A stretch of 62,441 nt of DNA from an uncultured Candidatus Sumerlaeota bacterium (GTDB lineage Bacteria; Sumerlaeota; Sumerlaeia; Sumerlaeales; Sumerlaeaceae). Made by a program: the position numbers and the translations under genes. The stretch lies in contig CAYUGQ010000001.1 of assembly GCA_964444305.1 (NCBI GenBank), positions 1 to 62,441 of the forward strand, in the 5' to 3' direction. This document shows positions 1-8,324 of this stretch, piece by piece (the first letter of the stretch is position 1; each line of letters starts with the position of its first letter). The notes below the pieces were generated by a model, which saw only the letters and a program-made list of their open reading frames with translations, searched no databases and was not told the origin of the DNA.

Positions 1-1
1 C

Positions 2-262
2 GGAGAAGAACTCGTAATGTTCGCCGAAGGCCTCGGAGTAATGCGCATCCCCATCCCCCCCCACGCCCACCCCCGCACAGTCCTCCAAACCCAAATCCGC
101 CAGCAAACCGGCGCAAACATCATCGCTATCACCCACAGAAAAAAAACCACCCTCAACCCACCCCCCAACACCATCATAGCCCCTGGCGATACCGTTATCC
201 TCATAGGCAACCCCGACACAGAACACCAGATAACAAAACTTCTAAGCGGACGAACCCACTAA
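2..262 (+). CDS. 3' fragment of a K+ channel/transporter-type protein ending in an RCK_C (TrkA-C) domain; the 5' end lies outside the window
   Basis: The frame is open from the window edge. PRTVLQTQIRQQTGANIIAI...NPPPNTIIAPGDTVILIGNPD follows the TrkA-C pattern (G.t..el.lr...ga.iiaI.r....nP.p.t.i..GD.l.l.G). Confidence 0.6.
   Translation, partial: GEELVMFAEGLGVMRIPIPPHAHPRTVLQTQIRQQTGANIIAITHRKKTTLNPPPNTIIAPGDTVILIGNPDTEHQITKLLSGRTH
49..74 (-). other. G-quadruplex-type motif: four C-runs on the + strand (4, 8, 3 and 5 C), which are G-runs on the - strand
   Basis: The + strand reads cccc-at-cccccccc-acg-ccc-a-ccccc. The complement fits G3+N1-7 repeated four times. Confidence 0.4.
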
Positions 263-315
263 ACCCCGCCGACTCTGGATTCAACATCCAGCAAGTCCTG
301 CTCCCTCCGGGGCTG

Positions 316-358
316 ACAAAAACAAACCCGCCGGCGCAACTTTTGGCTGGCCGGCGGG
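316..358 (-). terminator. Intrinsic terminator for the response-regulator gene
   Basis: A perfect 9-bp GC stem (327-335 cccgccggc pairs with 350-358 gccggcggg) with a 14-nt loop. On the - strand it is followed by TTTGTTTTTGT. Confidence 0.55.
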
Positions 359-447
359 TCGTTGCCCCATGAGGGCGATATTAGATATGGATAACGGTTT
401 ACGATATAAGTGCTACTGTTGCGTGCGCTGGATCCTTTTCACTTAAA

Positions 448-1263
448 TCAGGACAGCGCCAGGGAGCGAGAGCGGACGTTAATGATTTTCCAGCCCCCCT
501 GGGTCTTTTTCAGGGTGTATCGTTCATCTTTGCGGCTTTGACCTTCCGGCGTAGTGTCGTCCCTCAGACAGGCAACAGTTGCCGTGATCTCGCCACGTTT
601 AAGCGTCTCCGCATCCACCACCTGGTGACGCGTCACACCCCGGTCGTCAGCATAGCTCTGCATACGCCGTTCGATATACTGATTCTTGCCCAGGCCATGC
701 AGCATCTCTTCCCCAAGGCACTCGTACTCCAGAAGGAAGTCCTGTTCATTCCAGGCCAGGATAAACGCCCTAACAACATCAGCCGGGTCATCAGAGTTCA
801 AAACCTCAAGGCTCTTACTGGAAGCGTCCATAGTAGAACCGCCGCCGGCGCCACGTCGCTCCGAGACATAACTGTCTTTGCGAAGCAGGTACTCCACACG
901 CCCCAGCAAGCCCAGTGGATCAAACGGTTTCGACAGGAAATCGTCCGCTCCAAGACCAACAGTCCAAAACTCATCAGGTTTGTTAACCTGCGAGCCAAGA
1001 GACGAAACAACCAGGATAGGCGTTTCAGCGATCTCAGGGTTCGCCCGCACACGTTTTATAAACTCCATGCCGCTCATGCCCGGCATCTTCAAATCAGTGA
1101 TAATCAGGTCAGGCCGTTCCGTAGTAGCCGCTTCGAGCCCATCTTCTCCGTTATATGTGGGGATCACTTCGTATCCCCTGGTACTCAGGACGACTTTGAT
1201 GAGTTCGACCACATCAGCCTCGTCCTCCACGATCAGTATTCGCTTTCGCGATGAACCAGCCAT
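448..1263 (-). CDS. Orphan response regulator: CheY-like receiver domain plus a C-terminal NTF2/SnoaL-like domain
   Basis: KRILIVEDEADVVELI...DLIITDLKMPGMSGMEF...PILVVSS...FLSKPF is a canonical REC domain. The C-terminal ~115 aa (VVRAFILAWNEQDF...YTLKKTQGGWKIINV) looks NTF2-like. Confidence 0.85.
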   Translation of the reverse strand: MAGSSRKRILIVEDEADVVELIKVVLSTRGYEVIPTYNGEDGLEAATTERPDLIITDLKMPGMSGMEFIKRVRANPEIAETPILVVSSLGSQVNKPDEFWTVGLGADDFLSKPFDPLGLLGRVEYLLRKDSYVSERRGAGGGSTMDASSKSLEVLNSDDPADVVRAFILAWNEQDFLLEYECLGEEMLHGLGKNQYIERRMQSYADDRGVTRHQVVDAETLKRGEITATVACLRDDTTPEGQSRKDERYTLKKTQGGWKIINVRSRSLALS

Positions 1264-1395
1264 TTTGCTGAACTCCAGAAAAATAGAAATAATGGATATA
1301 AACCATCGCCTAACTTAAAGGCTAACCATATAAACATATATCGCCACAGCCCGTGTGGCAATCGTTTTTAAAACGCAACAGGGATGCCTGTACAC

Positions 1396-1432
1396 AAAAA
1401 AAGCCGAAGACGGGAAGAAACCCGTCTCCGGC
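1396..1432 (-). terminator. Intrinsic terminator downstream of the amidase gene
   Basis: A 12-bp stem (1403-1414 with 1421-1432, one mismatch) and a 6-nt loop. T7 follows on the - strand (the A7 run at 1396-1402). Confidence 0.7.
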
Positions 1433-1473
1433 CGAATGGTTCACCAGCGGATCGCGATGTCCGCCAGAAGAGG

Positions 1474-2424
1474 TTATTTAGGTCCGTAGTAGCGGACAGC
1501 GTCTGCCACTACAACATAACCCGTCGCGGCCCAGACCGATAGCTGAGTCGTGCGGTTGCCAGCACCCAGGCTCCGCGTGCCCAGCAAGTTCCAGCCACCA
1601 CCGTTGGCCTGCTGGTTCCGGGTAACCACGTCACCATTAGGCAAGATGTAGGGAGCAGCCGGGGAGCGGTTCGATCCGGCAGGCCACCAGGCGGAAATAT
1701 CATAGTTGCCCGAGGTCGGGACGTTAATCGTCCACGATGCCGCATCACTAATGGCAGCCGTCGCTCGCCATTTGTAGTTCGCACCATACTTGTCCGTAGC
1801 AGACGTAGCCGTCACCCAGTTAGAAGATGTCGCCGGCGAATCGTTGATGTAAGATTTGGGGTTAGTCTGATTCGGGTTACAGTAACTCATATACAGGTTC
1901 CAGTTCCAATGGACTCCGGGGTCTGTATGAGAGGCTCCAGGAACCTGGTTATGACCAACAATACGTGTACGATTCCAAAGCACATCATAATAGATGATGG
2001 TGCTACGGGTTTCAATGGCGCTTTCGCGATAGCAGATATCTGCCGTATCATTCAGGTGAACATAGCCGCCATGTTCGATACCAACAGACTGGGTGTTATA
2101 AGTCCAGTTGCCGGCGTGCCAGCCGAGATCTTTTTCCCGGACAGACTGGTAACAATAGCCGGACGTGTTATTATAGGTAAAGTGAGCCGACACGTTGGCC
2201 GCTGGGTTTTCAAACCAGCTGGCAGCGCTCGCCGCTGACCCCTGAACCTTATGGATGACGACATAGCGGATCGGATAGCTGGATGGCCGACTTGATACCG
2301 TGTAGTTGCTCGAATGAGCAGGGCGCCAGGAGTCGCAGGTGGGCAGGTCTGGCGTAGCCGCAAAGGCTGGTGCTACTGATAGAGCGCAGATTGCGCCCAG
2401 GACCGCAATTGAGTACCGATTCAT
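1474..2424 (-). CDS. Secreted N-acetylmuramoyl-L-alanine amidase (Amidase_2/PGRP type) with a C-terminal ~116-aa putative binding module
   Basis: Signal peptide MNRYSIAVLGAICALSVAPAFA. The amidase core reads RYVVIHKVQGS...LGWHAGNW...SVGIEHGG...IVGHNQV. I chose the internal ATG at 2424; the ORF can extend to 2529. Confidence 0.8.
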   Translation of the reverse strand: MNRYSIAVLGAICALSVAPAFAATPDLPTCDSWRPAHSSNYTVSSRPSSYPIRYVVIHKVQGSAASAASWFENPAANVSAHFTYNNTSGYCYQSVREKDLGWHAGNWTYNTQSVGIEHGGYVHLNDTADICYRESAIETRSTIIYYDVLWNRTRIVGHNQVPGASHTDPGVHWNWNLYMSYCNPNQTNPKSYINDSPATSSNWVTATSATDKYGANYKWRATAAISDAASWTINVPTSGNYDISAWWPAGSNRSPAAPYILPNGDVVTRNQQANGGGWNLLGTRSLGAGNRTTQLSVWAATGYVVVADAVRYYGPK

Positions 2425-3274
2425 CACTAAATGAACCCCTTTCAAATCTGTGGATTTCTCACAGGTTTCGCCTGATCCCGGGGGATCGCCGGAAGACGAC
2501 CATGGATCTGGCGCGCGGCGACCGGGCATTATGAAACTGCCGGAAGATCACCGTTTTCGGCCGCACTGAGCCGGCGGACCGTTAGAAAGGTTCTGCGGGT
2601 AAACTCCTCCTTCCATCGTTTGTTATAGCAGGGCCGGAGCCGCCGCCATTAAGGGAGGTGATCATCCTCGCGTCCGGAGATGCCAGTCCGGACAACCAGA
2701 GGAAAAGAGAAGGGCGACGCATGTGAGAAACGTCTGAGGTCGCTAGACTGATCTAAATGGAAGCAATGACAAAAGGCGTCAAAAGCTCCCGAACGAGCAC
2801 ATTGCATTAGGGATAGCACCTGAACGGTAATGTTCGCGCGAAGCGGTGACCGACTTAAAACAACTGCGACGCTCAGCTTTGCGCGTTACGCTGTTTTGTT
2901 TTCCAACTCGGCCAGTCAGGGAAATCCAGACAGGCAGTTCCAGGTCGAAGGAAAACGCGGCACAACAGGACAACCGGGTACAGCTCGCGGCCGTCGGATC
3001 AATGCGAACCGCGCGACCGTTTACAACCTACATCAACCTCGATGATCAGACCAGACTGAATGGCCCACGCGACCTGTTAGAGGCTTAAAGTCACCGCCGG
3101 ACGAGAACACATGGACAGGTTGAGTGGTCAGCGACTTTGGTAAAAATGACCATTTGGATCATCTCATCAGCAATTCGTTTGCCGATGGTAAAAAGAAGTC
3201 GTGGCCCAACCCGGCCGGCAGAGTCAAAGATAAAATTTAAAAAGTGCGATAATAGACAGCTTTTTCTCTACGAC

Positions 3275-4561
3275 TCAAGCTTTAACTGTATTAACAGCCT
3301 GGTTTTCATTAACCCGCCAGAGAAGCAGACCACCGCCCACCAGCATGAAAATGAGAACAAGAATGCCGTCCTGCGTCTTACCCGTCATCAACCCGACATA
3401 GCCCACCAGGAACGGCCCCAGCAGTGCGGCAAATTTCCCGAGCATGTTATAAAAGCCGAAAAACTCAACAGCCTTCTCTTCGGGAATCAGGCGGGAATAA
3501 TATGACCTGCTTAGACTTTGGACGCCTCCCTGAACCAGGGCAATGGCAATGGCCAGGGCGAAGAACTCCCAAACGGCTGTCATCTGCCAGGCCCACACGC
3601 AGACGCCAACATAAACGGCCAGACCAAGGTAAATGGCGCGCCGGGTTCCAAGCTTCTGTCCAAGAAACCCAAAGCCGATGGCTGCGGGAAAAGCCACAAA
3701 CTGGACCAGAAGCAGAGCTGTTATCAGGTGGTCGGTGGAAAAATCCAGGTCCTTGCCAACCTTAGTGGCCATGGCAATGATGGTGTCCACCGCATCAATA
3801 TACAGCCAGTAAGCCAGCAAGAAAACCACAACAGGCTTATACCGGCGGATTTCTTTGAAAGTTTGTTTTAGCTGCTGAAAGCCTTCCTTAACGGCACGCC
3901 CTAAGGGAATGGCCTCGCCGGGAGTATCTTTCACAAAGATTGCCAGGGGCAGACTGAAAAGAAACCACCAGATGCCGACGGTGAGAAAGGATATCTGAAC
4001 GGCCCTTTCCTGACCGGGAATGCCAAACCATTCAGGCCGGAGCACCATGGCGACATTAACCAAAAACAACAAACCACCGCCCAGATAACCAAGGCCGTAT
4101 CCCAAAGCGGAGATTTTGTCGCTGCTGCGGCCCCGAGCCAAATCGACAATCATAGAGTCGTAAAAAATGTTTCCGCCGAGGAAGCCGATGATCCCGAAGA
4201 TAAACAGGGTGCCAGCCAGTTGCCATTCGTTTGCCTGGATGAAAAACATGGCAGCCGTAGCCGCCGCACCCATCCAGCCAAGCGCCAGCAAAAAGCGTTT
4301 CCTTTTACCCGAACGATCCGCGATGGCCCCAAGGAGGGGAGCTGACAGGGCAATAACCAGTCCGGCGATACTGTTAAAAAGACCAAGCTCATAAGTGCTT
4401 TGAGCAGGAGAGACCCCCTGTCGCCAGAAATCGTTATAAAAGATCGGGAAAAATCCAGCAATAACCGTCGTTGCAAAGGCGGAATTTGCCCAGTCATAAG
4501 TAGCCCAAGCCACCACTTCCCGCCGCGTGGATTTTTCCGTGATGCGTCCAATGGATTTCAT
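3275..4561 (-). CDS. MFS transporter, UMF1/Atg22-like family
   Basis: The N-terminus EVVAWATYDWANSAFATTVIAGFFPIFY is typical of the UMF1 family, and there are about 12 hydrophobic segments. The start is uncertain: ATG at 4561, or GTG at 4648. Confidence 0.8.
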   Translation of the reverse strand: MKSIGRITEKSTRREVVAWATYDWANSAFATTVIAGFFPIFYNDFWRQGVSPAQSTYELGLFNSIAGLVIALSAPLLGAIADRSGKRKRFLLALGWMGAAATAAMFFIQANEWQLAGTLFIFGIIGFLGGNIFYDSMIVDLARGRSSDKISALGYGLGYLGGGLLFLVNVAMVLRPEWFGIPGQERAVQISFLTVGIWWFLFSLPLAIFVKDTPGEAIPLGRAVKEGFQQLKQTFKEIRRYKPVVVFLLAYWLYIDAVDTIIAMATKVGKDLDFSTDHLITALLLVQFVAFPAAIGFGFLGQKLGTRRAIYLGLAVYVGVCVWAWQMTAVWEFFALAIAIALVQGGVQSLSRSYYSRLIPEEKAVEFFGFYNMLGKFAALLGPFLVGYVGLMTGKTQDGILVLIFMLVGGGLLLWRVNENQAVNTVKA

Positions 4562-4738
4562 ATACCAGACAACTGAGCCAGGGAAGGCGGGTGACTCAAG
4601 GAGAAAGCATCCGCGGGGTGAGTTTGAAAAAACGTCATCTTTTGCCACGAAAACGCCATTGTTATGTCACGTGACGCGGATTAGGTAGTCGTGCTTCTTC
4701 ACTGCGGAGTCAAAATTAAGCTACGCAGGAGAAGTCTG

Positions 4739-5434
4739 ATGAAGCAGTACGGTTTCACCCTCATTGAATTGCTAATCGTTGTTGCAATTATCGCAATTCT
4801 TGCGGCAATTGCTGTACCAAATTTTATGGAAGCACATACCTGTGCCAAGGTGGCCCGAGTTCAAAACGATATGCGTACGATGGCGACGGCTATTGAATCG
4901 TATGTGATCGATTACGGGCAACTACCACGGGATAATGATTCCGATATGGATCGTGAGTACTCCGCTCCGGATTGGCACAAGGCTAATGGCGCGTTACAGC
5001 TCACCACGCCCATTGCCTACCTCAACGCTCTTTTAAAAGACCCGTTCACACCCCCGGGGGCAAAGGACATTACCGGGGGAGCCGCTGATGGATATCGTAT
5101 CGGCAGCGGAACGTGGAGCTATGGTCAGTACGGATCGGGAAACACAAGTCCGCCGGATCATCAGGATTCGAACGCCACCATGAGGGCTCATGGCCCTGTG
5201 ATGGCTTATGTGGTCTTAAGCCCGGGTCCGGATATTGTCCGGTGCCGCATGGGATATAAGTGTTTTCCGTTTAAACCTGTCGGTTCCAGCGACCGCAAAG
5301 AAGGTCAGCCGGATTACTATGTGGATTATGATCCCAGTAATGGGACTGTCAGTGGTGGTGACATCTATCGTTTCGGTGGCAGCTATATGAACGGTAACTG
5401 GGATCGCAATGTGGTCAGCGGCGGCCCATACTAA
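4739..5434 (+). CDS. Prepilin-type N-terminal cleavage/methylation domain protein (GspG/pseudopilin-like)
   Basis: MKQYGFTLIELLIVVAIIAILAAIAVPNF carries the G/FTLIE processing motif. An AGGAG Shine-Dalgarno sequence lies upstream of the ATG at 4739. Confidence 0.85.
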   Translation: MKQYGFTLIELLIVVAIIAILAAIAVPNFMEAHTCAKVARVQNDMRTMATAIESYVIDYGQLPRDNDSDMDREYSAPDWHKANGALQLTTPIAYLNALLKDPFTPPGAKDITGGAADGYRIGSGTWSYGQYGSGNTSPPDHQDSNATMRAHGPVMAYVVLSPGPDIVRCRMGYKCFPFKPVGSSDRKEGQPDYYVDYDPSNGTVSGGDIYRFGGSYMNGNWDRNVVSGGPY

Positions 5435-5521
5435 ATCAAAAGAGTCGTTTGCAAAGCAAGAGGTCGTGCGCGGCTGTGGTCCAGGGTGTCTCTGGATGCA
5501 GTCGCGTTAATTGTTTCCGGT

Positions 5522-6598
5522 TTATGCGGCGAAGCTGTCTGACCGACGCGCGAGAAGCCATAAAAAGAGCGGACCTCCAATCAGAGCTGTGATTACTCCT
5601 GCGGGGATTTCGGCGGTGGATTGAACCGACAGGCCTGCAGCTTGCAACCAGGAAAGGGCACGGCGGCCTGTTACGTCGCAAAGAACCAGAAACCCAGCTC
5701 CCGAAAAAGCTGCCAGCGGTACTAACAGGCGGTTATCTGGTCCGGCAAGCAAGCGAAGGATATGGGGAACAAGCAGACCCGCAAAACCGATCGGACCGCA
5801 CAAGGCGACGGCTGATGCTGCCATAATGGTTCCGGCCCCAAGCACCCAAAATATCTCTCGGTTTACATTCAGTCCTAAGTGACTAGCGGTTAGGGCATCT
5901 ATGCTAAGCAGGTTCATGCCTTGCGCCCGAATTATGAGAATGGTAATTCCTGCAGCGATTATCAGGGCGACGACGGCTGTGCCCATATAACCGGTAACCT
6001 CCAGGCCCCCCAGCCACCAGTAGGTGATCTGGCGGGCATTGTCCGGGCTGGCAAATACCTGTACGAGCATCATAGCGGCGCTAAGCACAAGGTTCATAAT
6101 CGCCCCGGCCAACAAGAGCGTTACCGGTGAAAATCCGCGCCGGCTACGCGCCAGGCTCATGAGTAGCAGTATCGGAATGATTGCTCCTGCGAAACACATG
6201 AGGGGGGCGATTAAAGCAGTCCCAATTGTTGCGGCAGGCAATAACAAAACGACCGCGGCGCGCCCGATGGCAGCGCCGGACGAAACGCCCAGGATATACG
6301 GATCAGCAAGAGGGTTGCGCAGTACAGCTTGATAAGCTAGACCCGAACAGGCCAGTCCGGCCCCGGCAACCAGCCCGGCCATGACACGCGGCAGGCGGGT
6401 CTGCCAGAAAATCAGACCGTCCATGGTACTATGATTGCCTTTGGCCGAAAAATCTCGAAGAGCGACCAGCAAATCCAACGGTTCACCCGCCAGGGGAGCG
6501 AAGCAGGCAATCAACAATGTGATAAAACCGGCCCCCACACACCAGGTCAGAAGGCGACCCCATGAAAGAATATGCGGGGGGGACGAAAACATTATCAT
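5522..6598 (-). CDS. FecCD/BtuC-family ABC transporter permease (iron-siderophore/cobalamin type)
   Basis: RLPRVMAGLVAGAGLACSGLAYQAVLRNPLADPYILGVSSGAA is the FecCD signature region, with about 9 TM segments. Confidence 0.85.
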   Translation of the reverse strand: MIMFSSPPHILSWGRLLTWCVGAGFITLLIACFAPLAGEPLDLLVALRDFSAKGNHSTMDGLIFWQTRLPRVMAGLVAGAGLACSGLAYQAVLRNPLADPYILGVSSGAAIGRAAVVLLLPAATIGTALIAPLMCFAGAIIPILLLMSLARSRRGFSPVTLLLAGAIMNLVLSAAMMLVQVFASPDNARQITYWWLGGLEVTGYMGTAVVALIIAAGITILIIRAQGMNLLSIDALTASHLGLNVNREIFWVLGAGTIMAASAVALCGPIGFAGLLVPHILRLLAGPDNRLLVPLAAFSGAGFLVLCDVTGRRALSWLQAAGLSVQSTAEIPAGVITALIGGPLFLWLLARRSDSFAA

Positions 6599-6640
6599 CG
6601 CCCCCCTCGCACGGGAAAATTAAGGTTTGTTACGCGTAAA

Positions 6641-7909
6641 TTATTTCGCAGCCACCGACGCATCCGCATCAGCGAGTTCGCCCTGATGAGCATGGATCTT
6701 TTTGATAGCTGTCGCGATCTCGCGCATGTCCTGTTCTTCTTCCAGAAGAAGGCGATGAGGGAGCCAAACGCATTCCTCAGAACAGAGTCGTTCTGCATTA
6801 GGACACGAAACGTCCTTATATTGGATTCCACGCTCATTGAGGAGGTCGGACAGCGCTTTATCTTCCGGTCGGGGTTCATCATTTAGGTTCTGGAAACATG
6901 GCTGCTTATGGACTGGCAACAGGTATCCTGGATTGCAAGGAACCCCTTCCGCTTCCAAGGCTTCCAGAAATTTACTGCGGCTAAGGCCGCCAAAGTCGGC
7001 CGCCAGGTAGCGAAACAGCACCATGTGCCATGACCGGCGGGTAACAGCTTCGGGGGTTTCCGGAAAGACGAGACCGGGCACATCGGCTAGTTCATCCAGC
7101 AGAATCTGCGCATTGCGCTCGCGCTTGGCCACCTGTTCAGGCAGACGATCAAGTTGAGCCAGCAGCAGCGCCGCCTGTATTTCTGTCATCCGGTTGTTGC
7201 CAGCTAACAGGTGATGTTCATACCAAGGGCCGGTTTCCGACCGGCCAACATGGGTATAAGACCGGACAGTCTGTGCGATTTCATCGTCATCGGTTAAAAC
7301 GATGCCGCCCTCAGCGGCGGTAATATTTTTGCTCATCTGGAAGCTAAAGCTTCCGACGTCGCCCAGAGCACCGGTGCCTTTGCCGCGCCACTGGGTGCCC
7401 CATGAATGGCAAGCGTCTTCGATCAGCTTGAGATTATGACGCTCTGCAAAAGCACGGGCTTTGTCCATGTCGACCGGCAGACCCGCAAAGTGAACCACCA
7501 TGATAGCCCGGGTGCGGTCAGTGACCAGCTTTTCTGCCAAGTCCAGATCGATATTTGCCGTGTCTAGTTCCACATCCGCAAAAATCGGAATGGCGTTCAA
7601 AGCTGTGATTGCGGTGGCCGAAGCAATGAAAGTGTAGTCCGGAACGATAACTTCGTCGCCCGCAGTAATGCCAACGGCGCGCATGGCAAGGATCAGCCCG
7701 ATGGTTCCGTTATTGCAGGTGATTCCATGTTTGGCTCCGTGGTACTCTGCAAAGCGGCGCTCAAACTCCCGGACGTTTTCACCCCACCACCAGTCACCAC
7801 TTTCGACTACCTGAGTTACCCGACCCAGCTCTGCCTGTCCATGGACAGGCCAATTGATCATTTCTTTGGAGCGCACGGGTGTGCCCCCAGACAACGCCAG
7901 TTCAGCCAT
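6641..7909 (-). CDS. DegT/DnrJ/EryC1/StrS-family PLP-dependent sugar aminotransferase
   Basis: GAKHGITCNNGTIGL...GDEVIVPDYTF...SFSFQMSKNITAAEGG carries the PLP lysine motif. Confidence 0.88.
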   Translation of the reverse strand: MAELALSGGTPVRSKEMINWPVHGQAELGRVTQVVESGDWWWGENVREFERRFAEYHGAKHGITCNNGTIGLILAMRAVGITAGDEVIVPDYTFIASATAITALNAIPIFADVELDTANIDLDLAEKLVTDRTRAIMVVHFAGLPVDMDKARAFAERHNLKLIEDACHSWGTQWRGKGTGALGDVGSFSFQMSKNITAAEGGIVLTDDDEIAQTVRSYTHVGRSETGPWYEHHLLAGNNRMTEIQAALLLAQLDRLPEQVAKRERNAQILLDELADVPGLVFPETPEAVTRRSWHMVLFRYLAADFGGLSRSKFLEALEAEGVPCNPGYLLPVHKQPCFQNLNDEPRPEDKALSDLLNERGIQYKDVSCPNAERLCSEECVWLPHRLLLEEEQDMREIATAIKKIHAHQGELADADASVAAK

Positions 7910-8324
7910 GAAATCGACCCTCTTGGGAATTATTTTTCTTTTAGTATAACTCTGGGAAACACTTATTTGTTTCGGAGGTATTACTTTTCAGCAATCTGCC
8001 AGTTTAATCGGTTTTCGGGGAGTAAATGTTCATATTTAAGACATTTATGCCTTTCAAGGCATCGGCACAAAATTTGTTGCCCAGAAGAGGCATAGATAGG
8101 AGCTGTGTATGCGCAACCGGTTATGGTGGCGCCACGGCAAAATTTCCCGAATTTCCTATTTGGAAAGCGTGTCACGTGCAGCCTATGTATCTTGACAGCC
8201 CACAAAATGGCGAAAAGCCACTTGCAATGCATAGAGCATCCGTGCAGGCGAATGTTTTGTGCCGTGCTCTGGCAACCGCAGTGAATACCTGGCTTCCCAG
8301 ATGGCAGTGAATGGTTAATAATCA

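Noticed and set aside
2425-2529. N-terminal extensions offered by the ORF track: amidase to 2529, oppF-like gene from 19336, epimerase to 55722, enolase gene from 46012, and GHL10 to 42847.
   Set aside because: In each case an internal start gives a canonical N-terminus (a signal peptide or Rossmann motif). Those starts also give an ATGA coupling overlap or a proper Shine-Dalgarno sequence. The extensions show no homology-like sequence.
2948-2992. A tmRNA-tag-like peptide (KENAAQQDNRVQLAA) in the large gap upstream of the amidase gene.
   Set aside because: No stop codon follows the LAA. There is no tRNA-like acceptor or T-arm (GGTTCGAnTCC) on either strand nearby.
4666-4675. A perfect palindrome GTCACGTGAC in the MFS/pseudopilin divergent spacer, with a related GTCACGTG at 8171-8178 upstream of sucA. 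I considered these a possible shared operator.
   Set aside because: The CACGTG core also occurs several times inside coding regions (for example near 29425, 42024, 51352 and 56224). Two 8-mer matches in 62 kb is about the chance expectation.
6599-6640. A cobalamin or other riboswitch upstream of the FecCD/BtuC-type permease.
   Set aside because: The spacer is only 42 nt, far too short for a cobalamin riboswitch.
7910-8324. A 415-nt AT-rich divergent spacer between the DegT gene and sucA, containing the palindrome GTGGCGCCAC (8126-8135) and a small hairpin (8047-8061). I considered an ncRNA or riboswitch.
   Set aside because: No conserved riboswitch core is recognisable. The length and AT-richness fit two divergent promoters. 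I left it as an ordinary regulatory region.
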